This document shows positions 1 through 12,649 of a stretch of DNA of 64,000 nucleotides, piece by piece (positions within the stretch are counted from its first letter, which is position 1; each line of letters starts with the position of its first letter). The notes under the pieces were generated by a model. It did no database searches and had not been told where the DNA came from. It worked only from the letters and a program-made list of their open reading frames with translations. Position numbers and translations under genes: made by a program. The DNA comes from the human T2T-CHM13v2.0 reference genome, Homo sapiens. The stretch lies in the NCBI RefSeq assembly GCF_009914755.1, contig NC_060927.1; one strand, 5' to 3'.

Positions 1-19
1 TATTTGGTCTTCAGACTAT

Positions 20-523
20 GAATCTCACAATCACTTGGGACATTTGGTAAAAATTTGGGGACCTTGACAATTTTGCATGTTTAGTTACTTCCCAGGTGAT
101 GCTTATGTACTTTAGGATCTCAGAACACTGAGACTGCATAAAAATTGTGGCTAGGGATGATCTAATTCCTCGCTACTCAAAGCATGGTCCTCAGGCAGTA
201 GCATCAACATCACCCTGAAGCTTGTTAATCAGATTCTCACATGCTATCACTGACCTCCTGAATCACAATTTGCAGATTAAAAAGATCTCCCAGGTGATGT
301 GAATATAGATTAAAATTTGAGAAGCACTACTGTAGAAAAATGGTTCTTAACCTTGGCTGCACATTACCATCACCTGGAGAACTTAAAAAAATAAAGACTG
401 CTGCCTGGGCCTCACCCTAGACCAATTAGATCAGAATTTCCAGGAGTTGAGGTCTGAACATCATTAATTTTTTAAAGCTCCCCAGCGGATTTTAATCAGT
501 AGTCAAGGTTAAAAACCAATGGT
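20..523. mobile_element. Cluster of three MER5-family (hAT-Charlie) non-autonomous elements
   Basis: Repeated hallmark motifs ttcccaggtgatg, tttgagaagcactac, tggttcttaaccttggctgcacatta..atcacctggaga. Confidence 0.75.
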
Positions 524-591
524 TTCACCTCGGCCATCTCATTATTGCCAACATGTGTGTGATCCCCATTGGTAACCATCTCAGTATCTGT

Positions 592-758
592 TTACATGTA
601 TACAGATTCCTCTGTGACCTTTCTTCGCAGTTCATCATAGTGAAGGCAAATGTAATTTTGACTATATCGATAGTATTGTGCTTCAACTTTAGAGATAGAC
701 ATGGCATCACAAATGGTCATAATGTCCTGATAAAATTTATCACTTTGGAATAAATGAC
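592..758 (-). pseudogene. Terminal coding exon remnant (G)HLFQSDKFYQDIMTICDAMSISKVEAQYYRYSQNYICLHYDELRRKVTEESVYM*
   Basis: Acceptor ttccaattatacAG (AG at 760-759), 54 uninterrupted codons, then TAA at 594-592. Confidence 0.6.
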
Positions 759-1071
759 CTGTATAATTGGAAATGCTTCATTGAGTAACAGTCTTTGAAG
801 ACAAAGGAACTCTGCAAAAGGAAGGAATTCTAGCTCTCACCAAAATTGCCAACCTTCTCCCAGGCTGTTTAGTCCTGCTCAGTTCTACCAAGTGAACTCT
901 GACTTCTAAAGTCTCCTACTACAAAGTCTGTAAGTATGACCCTAATTTTAGGAACTAATTAACAATAGGGGAAAACTGTGATCAAGCAGCTGTGATTTAA
1001 CATTTCTACCATTAGGGGTCAGTGTAACTCAGGAAAAAAATAATTTGGCTGTATGTATTAAAAAGGATCAC

Positions 1072-1159
1072 CTTGTGAAGACGACAGTCTGGGTGTTGCC
1101 TTCATTAACAGTCATCTACACTGCCTTACTTAGTTCCCATCACAAGTAATAACATGACT
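1072..1159 (-). pseudogene. Exon remnant (E)SCYYL*WELSKAV*MTVNEGNTQTVVFT
   Basis: Acceptor aatttccAG, weak donor AG|GTGATC; phase fits the upstream exon, two in-frame stops, 1-nt phase conflict with the terminal exon. Confidence 0.4.
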
Positions 1160-1187
1160 CTGGAAATTATTATGAAACAGACAAGAG

Positions 1188-1392
1188 TAGGATCAGCAAG
1201 CTTTTTCTATAAAGGACCAAATAGTAAATATTTCAGTCTTTAGTCTCTGTCACATTACTCAATTCTACCATTATAGCACAAAAGCAGCCCCACACCATAC
1301 ACAAACAAATGGCGTGTCTGCATTCCAGTAAAACTTTATTTTAAAAAACTGGTGACTGGTTGAATTTAGCTCACAGGTTTGCTGACCCCTGA
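1188..1392 (-). mobile_element. MER58A-like DNA transposon
   Basis: aaaggaccaaatagtaaatattt...cattccagtaaaactttattt...tttgctgacccctg terminal repeat. Confidence 0.8.
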
Positions 1393-1399
1393 ACTGGAG

Positions 1400-1567
1400 G
1401 AGTGGTTCTCAAACCTGGATAATTACCTGGGGAGCTTGTTAAAAATGTAGAGCCATGGACCCCACATCAAGTCCACCGAATCCAAATGTTTTTAAGTAGA
1501 GCTCACATATCTGAATTTTTTAAAGTTATCTTTTGATTTAGAAGCAAATACTAATTTAGGAAACATT
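1400..1567. mobile_element. MER5-family element
   Basis: agtggttctcaaac...ttacctggggagcttgttaaaaatg. Confidence 0.65.
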
Positions 1568-1591
1568 AGGACAAAATAAAGTTAACTTTAC

Positions 1592-1737
1592 CTCTTAGGA
1601 AACCGTAAAGTCCACCTTGTTACAATGTTTTTAGTATCTGAATAACTATCCATGGTATAAAAGATATAAATGTGAAGCTTAGGCTTAGATAATCTCTATA
1701 ACTACTCTGAAAGTACATCAATGAAAGGCTCATTCCT
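1592..1737 (-). pseudogene. Exon remnant ending ...ILKTL*QGGLYGFLR (acceptor at 1737 or 1706)
   Basis: Good donor GAG|GTAAAG at 1592/1591; two possible acceptors (tttacAG, tactttcAG); one frame open except one stop. Confidence 0.4.
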
Positions 1738-2259
1738 CTGTAAATGTTTGTATTAAGGCCCTAGTGTTCAGATTATTTTGGCCAGAGAACAACCCAGCCT
1801 GTCCTAACAGACAGAGGGGCATACTGAATTAAATTGAACAAGGAAGGAGAAGACATTGATGAAAACAGTAAAGGAGAAGGAAAAGCGATAAGAGAAATGC
1901 TGGAGTGCTGTGTAGTATCTCCTAAAAAATGTCCCAAATGTTCAATAAGTTTACAAATTCTGAAAAACTTGCTGTGACCAATTTTTTTTTTCATGAATTG
2001 GTGAAGAAGAGGAGTTTAGTGCCAAGGTGGGTGCAAGAGTGAAACAAAGGCAACACATCCACATGCACTGGACAGGGAAATGGGGTAAGAATATTTTAAA
2101 TATGGGGTATCCATTCTTTTATGAAGTATGTGTTCTAACGATAGTGTTTCCCTGGGCTGTTTCCCCTTGGGCTAATCAAATATATGGATATATAGAAGGC
2201 CATGCTTTAAGAAGAGCTGCAATGGGTTTTGTTAAGAATACCATAGCCAATATGTTTAC

Positions 2260-2605
2260 CTGTGGTCCTGTATAAAGCATACTGCACATTTGGGATATTT
2301 GTTTAACAAATAAAGGGGTTCTATTTCTCCATAACAGCCTCTAGGATGAAAGAAGCCATTTATTTCTTATTTGCTGAGAAATGTCCCTTTGTTTCTCAAA
2401 TTCAAGGCTATTCTCCGACCTCTCTCCGCCTCTGCCTCATGTTCATCTGTGAAGTTGAATATAATCTTAAATTCTTCTATGGAGCCATCTATCCCAAACC
2501 TAGTAACCAGCACCCACTTCAGGTTGTCATTAGTGACTATTATTTTTTCTTACACTCAATGCCCACATGCCAGGATGAAGATGAGGCGCCATATTCAATT
2601 AGCTC
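2260..2605 (-). pseudogene. Exon remnant ELIEYGASSSSWHVGIECKK[fs]KIIVTNDNLKWVLVTRFGIDGSIEEFKIIFNFTDEHEAEAERGRRIALNLRNKGTFLSK*EINGFFHPRGCYGEIEPLYLLNKYPKCAVCFIQDH
   Basis: Acceptor tctctccttcatAG, donor CAG|GTAAAC; 346 nt become ~115 codons after restoring one A in the run at 2543-2548 and reading through TAA at 2369-2367. Confidence 0.65.
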
Positions 2606-2778
2606 CTATGAAGGAGAGATGAAGTCTTCACTACTGTATACATTTGAGATGTGCCTTTTCTGACATAAATCAGCCACAGAGAAAAGAGTCAGCTGACATT
2701 TGTAGTTGCAAGGGGAAAAAAAATCTCTTCACAAGTAATGTATGAATAAAAGTGGCTGATTGTAACTGTAAGAGCTTA

Positions 2779-3131
<353 letters not shown>

Positions 3132-3539
3132 TTATTAATTCTCATCATAATTAAGGGGAGTTTATATGTGAGTTATAACCCCAATTTAGAAAGAAGTTGT
3201 GTTCCAGCATTCCAGCGATTAATTTAAAAATCTGATATTTAGTATTTGAAGCATATTTCCTCAAGAAACAGCGTTAGACAAGGTGGCTATTGGTTCAGCT
3301 TAGCACACAGCTGAATGCTGTTTATGCTAAATGCAGACTAAACAACTCAAATGCCACTGTAATATGTAGTCTTTGGAAATACGCTTTCAACATATTAACT
3401 CAGATTATCCAGGAACACATCTATCCTTGGGCACTGTGAAGAAGACACTTAAGGCCACAGGTCAAAGTGTGCACATTTCACTGGTCTGAGACAGTTGTTC
3501 CAGTAGGGAGGAGACCAGGAAAAGGAGATAGGGAACGAG

Positions 3540-3680
3540 TTGTTATATGGTTGCCATAGCTTAGATTCTGGCAAAATGTTGTGCAAGTTATTTGGCTTCT
3601 TGCACTTTAGTCTCCTCATCTGAAAATGGAGATAATAGTAGTTCACTTTATAGCAGTTGTAGACATCCAAATGAATAAAC
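3540..3680 (+). mobile_element. MIR fragment
   Basis: Core agtctcctcatctgaaaatggagataata. Confidence 0.65.
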
Positions 3681-4059
3681 TAGTTTTGATTATGTTTTGT
3701 TTCCCAGGGATCCAGAAAATGCACTATTTCATTTAAACTCTCTTTTCTAAGTAACTTAGTAGGGAGACCCTAAACATTTTTTTGGCAAGCCTGACATGTA
3801 TATTTCATTCTTTGAAGGCTGTTTTGATTGATATCCAGCAAAACTAGGGCCTCTCTGTGACAGAAATCACTGGCATATCTGCATCCTTAAATACATATGA
3901 CTACCATTGTCCTAAAAAATAGTGTTTCTTCACTGTTTTCTGGCTATTACATTTTGAACCCGAGTCAAATCAGTCGATGGAGATGGTTATATTCTGATGG
4001 TTATATGTCTGTTACATTCTGACGCCAAAAGGCAAAAAGCACCAGACTTCCTTATAAAA

Positions 4060-4905
4060 ATTATTTTATTTTTTAAGATGACAAATAAAAATTGTATATA
4101 TTTTTGGAATACAACATGATGTTTTGATACATGTATATTTTGTGGAATGGCTAAATCAAGCTATTTAACATATGTATTACTTCACATACTTTCTATGGTG
4201 AGAATGCTTAAAGTTTCTCTTAGCAATTTTCAAGTACACAATATATTGTTATTAACTGTAGTCACCACGTTGTATGATGGATCTCTTGAGCTTACTCCTC
4301 CTGTTTAACTGAAACTTTGTATTCTTTGACAAACATCCTCCAGCCCCCCCTCACCACCAGCCTCTGGTAACCACCACCATTCTACTCTCTGCTTCTGTGA
4401 GTCCTCTTTTAAATTCCACATGTAAGTGAGATCATATGGCATTTGTCTTTCTGTGTCTGGCTTATTTCACTTAGTGTAATGTCCTCCAGTTTCATTTATG
4501 TTGTTGCAAATGGCAGGATTTTCTTCTTTAAAGGCTGAATACTGTCCCATTGGAGATATATATATATATTAAATTTTCTGTATCCATGCATTTGTTAATG
4601 GACACTTAAGTTGATTCTATATCTTGGCCATTGCGAATAATTTTGCAATGAACATGGAAGTGTAGATATCTCTTCAACACACTGATTTCATTTCTTTTAG
4701 GTATATACCCCTTGGTGGGATGGCTGGATCATCCAATGGTAGTTAAGTTTTTAGTTTTTTGAGGAACCTCCGTATTGTTTCCATAATGGTTGTACTAATT
4801 CCTACAAACAGTGTGCAAAGGTTTCCTTTTCTCCACATCCTTGCCAACACTTATCTTTCATCTTTTTTTTTTTTTTATAATAACCAGTCTAACAGGTGTA
4901 AGGTG
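4060..4905 (-). mobile_element. L1MA-type 3' fragment, left part (split by ERV)
   Basis: Antisense L1 3'UTR and ORF2 end; continues at 10944. Confidence 0.85.
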
Positions 4906-7900
4906 TGATAAGCTACAACATTTGACAGTTTAACATTTGACTGTAACATTTGACAGTTTAAAAGTAAACAGGCTTCCAAATTAACCCACCTTGGGAAGGT
5001 CTTATAATTCATGGTGACATCCTGTCCCTCAGTAATGAACCTTATGAGTTCCTCTAATTGTTAATGTACTAATAAAGACATACCCTACTGACACTGAAAA
5101 GGATGCTGATTTGTTTTCAAATTACAAAGTTTTACTGGTTGTCTTGTACATAGACATTTTAGCCTATATGTTGCAATCTGTATCCAATTATTGTAACTTT
5201 TATATTGTACTCGCCAATGAAAAAGGACAACTCCTATGAGTAGTCCCCCTCCCTTCTCCTAAATTTTCCTACAAAAGCCTTCTAACTTGTAACGGACTCT
5301 GGAACCCTCCCAATTTTGTTGGTGTGTCTTCCTGGGTTGATCCTCACATTTGGCTTCCAAAGTAACTTTATCAAATTATTTCTGCCTTAAGAACCTTAAT
5401 TTCAGTCAACATTCTGTTATAATCAGCAGGATTCCAGAGCAACTTCCCTGGATCATCCAATGTGGCTTTTGACCATTATGCATGTACCAGTAATGAACCT
5501 ATTGTGTTCCCAAATTTAAATGCTCCTGCTGGGTGCTACAGATGGGTTCCTCCTGGAACCCTCACATCTTGGCTGAAGTTCTGGTTTATTGAAGCTAGTT
5601 TCCTCCCTGGCCAGGAGGTACAATGACTCTTTCAGCACAAGAGTTACTGCTACCAATTCAAGGGAAGGGTTTTATTGGGAATTTTAGGGCAGAATAAAAT
5701 AGGAGCTCAGTGAATTGTTTCCCTGGAGGCTAGGTGAGACAATCTTTCCTTAGTTTTCTCCTTCTCAATCACATGAGGGCACTCTTGCTCCAAAGATGAG
5801 ACATTTACTCCCTCTGGCCAAACTGTTCACTTTTTGCTCAGCTTGTAGGCTTTAGAAGGACTGATCATCTCTTGCCCCGAGCATCCCGACCCTTCTTTGG
5901 AGGTGACTTGGGAGTCCAAGACACATAAGAACTCTTTTCAGCCCATTGTATGAAATCCCCAGAGGAAAGATTCATAGTCAGCACACCTGACCCCTTATAG
6001 AGCTTGTCTTGCTCAAAGCAGCCAGGAAAATGCATCCAGACTGAAGGTATACCACCTCTGTTGACACTAGCTGGTTTCATGTTGTTTTACTTGCAAGTAC
6101 TTGGATAAGTGGACCCATCTAACCCAGGATGGTCATCAGCAGCAGTGGCCAAAATGGGGATGTTTTGAAAATGCCTAAAATAATTTATCTGTGCACACAA
6201 ATGGAAAAAGTTGGTTTTGGAGCCAGATTGAATGGGAGACTTACTTCCAACAGCACCTAGAAGCTTCTAAAAGAAATTCTTTGAAAAAAAAAAATGCCTC
6301 CATTCAAGAGGTAAACAAAAGGATATTTAAAACCATTCAAACCATTGTACATTAGTTGAAAAATACTTAGAAGGCTCTCTCCCTTTCTTCCCCATGGCTC
6401 CTCCTTGTCTACCCCTGTTCTTTCATCTTCTCTCTTATATGAACTCATTCCCTTCTGCTTGTTCCTTGGGCTCCCATACATCTCTTAGGCAGAGATTTTT
6501 GGAATTTCACAATGGACTCATTTACTTCTTTCAAGGGAGTTAAAATGTATTTAAATTTAAAACAGAAGGAGCAAATGGAACAACTGCAGAATGAGAATGA
6601 AACTACTGAGATTCTAAAAATACAGATCCAACAAGTTTTTTCTAAAGTGGTACTAATGATCAACACATTTTATGGTTTATTGCTAGCTTTGCCAAACCAT
6701 TTGTGGTCTTCCATATACATTAGTAAAATACATACAGCCACCTCCATTAAAGTGGAAGTAAACCTGATTAAACCTTTTACCAAATATCAGATAATACTCT
6801 TTAAATGTGCTGCTAGACCTCACAGTCCCTTGCAGATATAAAACTTCACTGGCCTTTTAGAAAACTTAAATTATGTCTCTGTGCCTTGAGATGTAAATTT
6901 ACTGTACTCGGTAAGATCTTCAGCCATGGAAGACAGATTAACTTGTTGTATTTACAGAGGCACAATTTAATTCAACTGTTCTTTTAAGCTGGTGAGTTTT
7001 ACCTGACTCATGAATAAAATTTTAAAAGCAAAGCTATAAAATCTTTATTTGCATCTGTTTGTATTTTTATATGTACATGTACACATGTCTGTATTTGTAT
7101 ATTGTTTACATGGTACCAAATTGGTTTATAAATAAATAAGCACTCATCAATTAGTAAGCCAAAATACTTTGTAAATTCATATCACTTGAATAGATCTTTT
7201 AGCATGTAAGACTAGTTTAATAAGAACAACCATCTTCTGAGTTTTTGGCAAAATATCCATAAATTTAACTTTAAGCTTCTTACTTAAGTGAATATCTGAT
7301 ATTCACAGACTATAAACGTGGTTAGCAGTAAAATAACTTGAAATGTTGACTAGCTTTGTCTAATATTTCAGTTTTCATAAATATTCTAGGTAAGCTGTTA
7401 AAAATAAATAAATTAGATAACTGTCAATGAGATACACCTCTAGAGGAACTTTTCATGTAATTTGAAATCTTAAAGCTATGTTAAATTAAATAATAGATAC
7501 TATTAAATGTCTGGGTCATTTCCAATTAAGGTAAACATATTATAAGAAAACATGTTTCTAAAGATTATAAAATGGTTTTCATTTATAAGACACTGATATG
7601 TGACAAGCAAAGATTCTTGTTGTCGAGGTTGTCACTAAAATGTAAGGTTACTGAGAGTTAAAAGTTCTAATTAATATTTATATATAATTTTATATATAGA
7701 ATGTGCCAAAAATAAGATGTGTTTTTGATAAGAAAAAATTATAAGAAGTGTTCTTTATTATAAAAATTATTATAAAAATGTGTTCTTTATTGAGAAAGAA
7801 AAAATAATTTTGTCTAATTTGTAGGTTACTTAAAGGTTGTTTCAAAATATGGACTTAGGAAGGAGAAAGAAACAAGATTAAAAAGGAACAAGTAACTAGG

Positions 7901-10900
7901 AGAGAAAAATATGAAGAAGGTTATGGATATGAAGATGCATTTTTGGTAAGGAAGGTTAAAAAGAAAAGAGAATAATTTTGTATGAGAAAGAATCTCATAT
8001 GATAAAGTTTTGTCCTAATGTAAAATGACTGGTTATTTAAGAAAGAGGAAATACAGGACAAAGCAGAAAGTCCAAGCGTGTTTTCAATGGTCTGCCTATG
8101 TCATGATAAGGTTCGTGAAAAGAGAATTTATGAAAACAATTTTGTGTGTGATTAAGTTGGCTATAATTCTAAAGAAATTATTTCTAAGTTTTCTAAAGAT
8201 TAAGCTTTGACATTGAAAATATGCTAGAACAAAACTAAAAAAATGTGGTCCCCTGTATTATAACAAGGTTTTTGTAAAGTATTCATTTTCTTTTAATAAA
8301 ATTGCAAAAGATTTTTATTTTAAAATTCTAAAATCCATTTCTTTTTGAAACTTCCTTTTATCAAGATAATTTCTGTGTTGTCCTTACTTGGTTTTGGTTT
8401 CTTTAAAAGGATTAAGGGTTTTACATCCATGTAACTTTCTTTATTGCTTTTGAAGTCTTTTGATTACCACTCTGGTTAAATGAATAAGTATTAATTAACA
8501 GTGACTGGCGATTCTGTTTTCATCAAATGCTTGGAACTTTTGACATCTTTGACAAACTTCCCCCAAATCAACTCCTAAAGTAGGCTGTTTCCCCTAAAAT
8601 TAACTTTAGGGTTTTCTAGTTAGACCTCTGGAGAACCTCAAAGAATATGTCTTGTAGAGATATTAAATTATTAGGCTTATTTGGTAAATTGTATGAGAAA
8701 CATTGTCAAATGATAAATGGTACTAGATCTTCTTTCAGTTATATTTATGGGCATGTTATTGATATAAATATCCCCAGAATTATATAAATTTATAAAAATC
8801 TAATGTTATGAGTCATAATTTTGACTATATTAAATCTTTTCCAAAGTTATATTTGTATGGATGTATTATTAATAGGAATATTGTAGAGATTACATGAAAT
8901 TTATAAAAGTCTGGAAATCATGATGTGATGCTGTCAGTCATGATTCTGTTTTTTGTTTTAAAATGCCACATATAATAGAAACAACTAAATTTCTTTGTCT
9001 TCCACTAGATTTTAAACATGACTATTTTAAGTTTTTGTTATCCACAGTTATTATTTTGAATTCTTTACTAAAAGCATTTACAATGAGCTATAGTCCAAAA
9101 TTGCTTTTCATGGAAAAGACTCTAACAACTACTCTTGAACACAGATTTCTGATAATGTTAAGATCAATGTATTAGGTAAAAACTTCCATAACTCTACTAA
9201 TAAACTGATGGATTCATGAAGACAGCAAACCCAACACAAAGCAAAACAAGAATTACATGAAACTAAACTGATAGAGGACTAAAATGATTTTTATGACTGT
9301 TTGAAACATTGCTGATTCTTTCCATACTTGTTTTCCAGTCAAGAATTTTTTTTTCATTTGAGCTATTTATATCTTACAGCAATTGGTTAAAGTATACTTT
9401 TGTGAGCAAAATTGAAAGATTTACCTTTTTCTCTCTACCTAAATTCTCCAGAGAGTTTGGAAACTATTCCTAAGTGTTCTTATTTTATGGCAATATATTT
9501 ATTTGCATAAGTTTGATTCAATTCTGTTTTCTTTTGTATTAAGTCACATTGGAAACATTGGTTATTTTACCAAGGCTTTGACTATAATGTCATATTTTCA
9601 AATATGACAAGACTGCTTTGAGGGATTGAAATTGACTTTGTAAAGCCAATAGACTTGGAAAAGACTGGCCTGGTACCTTGTCTACATAGTTTCTTTACGG
9701 AGTTCCTGACCTTGCAGTAATTAAAGAATGTCACTTTCTGACAGGCCCAGGAACCTCCAGATATTTTGGGCACCTCAAGAAGAGAGAAATTCACCCATTT
9801 CATACAGGTATTATAGGCACAGTCTGATGGTGAATCCTTGGCTTGGCTCCCTAGCCTGAAGGAGTTGTTAAAAGTCTAATCTAAAAGCCCTTATGAAAAC
9901 GTTCCAGCAAAGTCAACTTAAAAGAGCCTATATGGCTGATCACTATTTTTGTTGTACTTTACGCAAATAATTAGGCCAATTATGATAAGACAAAAACTTA
10001 TATTGCGAACAAAATTGGTCTCATTATTTGTCTTTGGTAAAAAAGGAGGACTGGAGAGAGAGTAATTATGTTTCAGAAGAAAATTATAGTATACCTGCTT
10101 TTTGATTCTAGACTTGCCCATTGTTTTTGATTTATTTTTATTACTATTTGCCTACAATTTGGACTGAATATTAGATTCCTTGAGATCAACAGCTAATGTC
10201 TCCCAGTGACTGGAGATGATTCTTTATTCAGGAAACTAACATGTAGCCTGTCTCATGACCTGCCTGATGTTGCTAGTAATTTTGCCTGCCTGTGATAACA
10301 AAGTTATTTCCTCTTGCTGAGGGACATGACTTCCTAGGAATGGGCCTTCCCAGTGCTGAGAAATAAAGAATGTCTGTCACTCTAACTTAAGCAGAGATTG
10401 AGTATCAATGTTTCCATGGGAAGATTTTTGATCAAAAAGGGAAATAACCTACAGGTCACATTTGACAGTTCACTTTAAAAGTAAACAGGCTTCCAAATTA
10501 ACCCACCTTGGGAAGGTCTTGTGATTCATGCTGACAACCTGTCCCTTAGTGATGAATCTTATCATGAGTTCCTCAAATTGTTAATGTATTGATTAAGGCA
10601 TAGCTTACTGACACTGAAAAGGACACTGATTTTATTTCTAAATCATAAAGTATTACTGATTGTCTTGCATATAGACATTTCAGCCTGTACATTGCAATCT
10701 GTATCTAGATTGCAACCTCTGTTTTATAATCTCCAATTAAAAACTATGGGGAGTCCCCCTCCCTTCTCCTAAATTTTCCTATAAAACCTTCCAACTTGTA
10801 ATAGACTCTAGAACCCTCCCCAATTTTTTGGTATGTCTTCCTAGTCCAGTCCTCACATCTAGCTTCCAATGCAATACTTGGAATGCAGAAATAATTTGTC

Positions 10901-10939
10901 AAATTATTTTTGCCTCAACAGCCTCAGTTTTGGTTGACA
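4906..10939 (+). mobile_element. ERV1 (MER4-group-like) provirus, non-coding: 5' LTR ~4906-5411, 3' LTR ~10445-10939
   Basis: Two ~500-bp direct repeats sharing aaaagtaaacaggcttccaaattaacccaccttgggaaggtc; TG...CA ends; purine tract atcaaaaagggaaa before the 3' LTR; 4-bp target duplication ggtg/tgtg; gag-matrix-like remnant (cagtggccaaaatgggga, QWPKWG) near 6143; AT-rich internal region. Confidence 0.88.
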
Positions 10940-10943
10940 TGTG

Positions 10944-11990
10944 ATATCTCACTATGGTTTTATTATTATGCAAATTATATAATTTGCATTTCCCTAATGA
11001 TTAGTGATGTTGAGCATTTTAAAAATATACTGTTGGCTATTTGTATGTCTTTCTGAGATATGCCTATTCAGTGTGACTTTTGGTAAGTTCTTTTACCCGT
11101 TTGAGCCTTGCTTTTGTTAGTTTTTTTCCCCCTTGCTCATTTTAAAATCAGGTTATTTGTTTTCTTGCTATTGAGTTGTTTGAATTCCTTATATGTTGGA
11201 TATTAAGCCCTTATCAGATGTACAGTTTGCAAATGTTTCTCCCATTTCATCGGTTGTCTCTTCACTCTGTTGTTTTGTTTTGTTTTCGTTTTTATTGTTT
11301 TGTCATGCAGAAGATTTTTAATTTGATATAATTCCATTTGTCTGCTCTGCATTTGTTGCCTGTGCATTTGGGTTCATATCCAAAAATTATTGCCCAAACC
11401 AATGTCATAGCATTTCCCCCTATGCTTTCTTCTAGCAGTTTTATAGTTTTAGGTCTTATGTTTAAGTCTTTAATTCACTTTGGGTTGATTTTTTTTATAT
11501 GGGTCCCATAAAATAAGGTCCCATTCATTCTTTCTGCAGGTGGGTATCCAGTTTTCCCAACACTATCAACTAAACTGTCCTTTCCCTATTGTGTGCACTT
11601 GGCACTTTTGTCAAAAATTAATTTATCATAAATGTATGAAGTTTTTTCTGGGCTCTCATTTCTGTTCTATTGGTTTATATGTCTGCTTTTATGCTACTAC
11701 TATGCTGTTTTGACTACTATAGCTTTGTAGTAGATTTTGAAATCAGGGTCATGCCTTTAGCTTTGTTTGTTTTACTCAAGATTGTTTTAGCTATTTGGGT
11801 TATTTTGTGGTTCCATATATATTTTAGAGTATTTTTTCTGTTTCTGTGAGAAGTATCATTGGCATTTTGATAGGGATTACATTGCATCTGTAGATTACTT
11901 TGGGTAGTATGGACATTTTATCAATATTAGTCTTCTAATCCATAAACATGAGATATCATTTCATTTATGTACATATTCTTCAATTGATTT
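10944..11990 (-). mobile_element. L1MA-type fragment, right part
   Basis: Resumes the L1 sequence (aggtg|atatctcactatgg) exactly where the ERV interrupts. Confidence 0.85.
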
Positions 11991-12264
11991 TACCAGCATC
12001 TGTGTTGCCTCCCACACATCAGTTTATTAGATGATAACAGACTCACAAACTAAATTGAACCAAAACAAAAGAAGACCCACAAAAAGAAATGCTGCCCTGA
12101 AAATGGAAGGAAGGGTTGTTATTCATGGTGGGGAAAGTATAACCAGCATATATGATTTAAGTTTTAATGAAGCATTAACTGTTAGCACAAAATGATAGGA
12201 TATAGCACATAGGGAATAGTTTGCTTAATCACTTTTCATTATCTATAACTAATGTTTTCTCCAC

Positions 12265-12649
12265 TGTATTAGTCTGTTCTTGCACTGCTATAAATAAATA
12301 CCAGAGACTTATAAAGAAAAGAGGTTTAATTGGCTCACAGTTTCACAGGCTGTGCAGGAAGCATGGCTAGGCAGGCCTCAGGAAACTCCTCAGAAGGGGA
12401 AGGAGAAGCAGGCACATCTTACATGGCCAGAGCAGAAGGAAGAGAGAGAGCGGGGAGGTACTACACACTTTTAAACAACCAGACAGCTAGATCTTGTGAA
12501 AACTCTATCATGACAACAGCTCTAGGGGGATGGTGCTACACCATTAGAAACCGCCCTGATGGTCCAATCACCTCCCACAAGGCCTCGCATCCATCGGGAT
12601 TACATTTCAACATGAGATTTGGGCAGGGACACAAATCCAAACCATATCA
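12265..12649 (-). mobile_element. MST-family (MaLR) solo LTR
   Basis: tgtattagtctgttcttgcactgctataaa...gggacacaaatccaaaccatatca. Confidence 0.88.

Noticed and set aside
2346-2663. Plus-strand 105-aa and 83-aa ORFs
   Set aside because: No recognisable protein; better explained as antisense shadows of the minus-strand exon remnant
6512-6841. 109-aa ORF inside the ERV as a captured gene
   Set aside because: No gag/pol/env or cellular motif recognised, no TSD or tail; cannot be supported without a search
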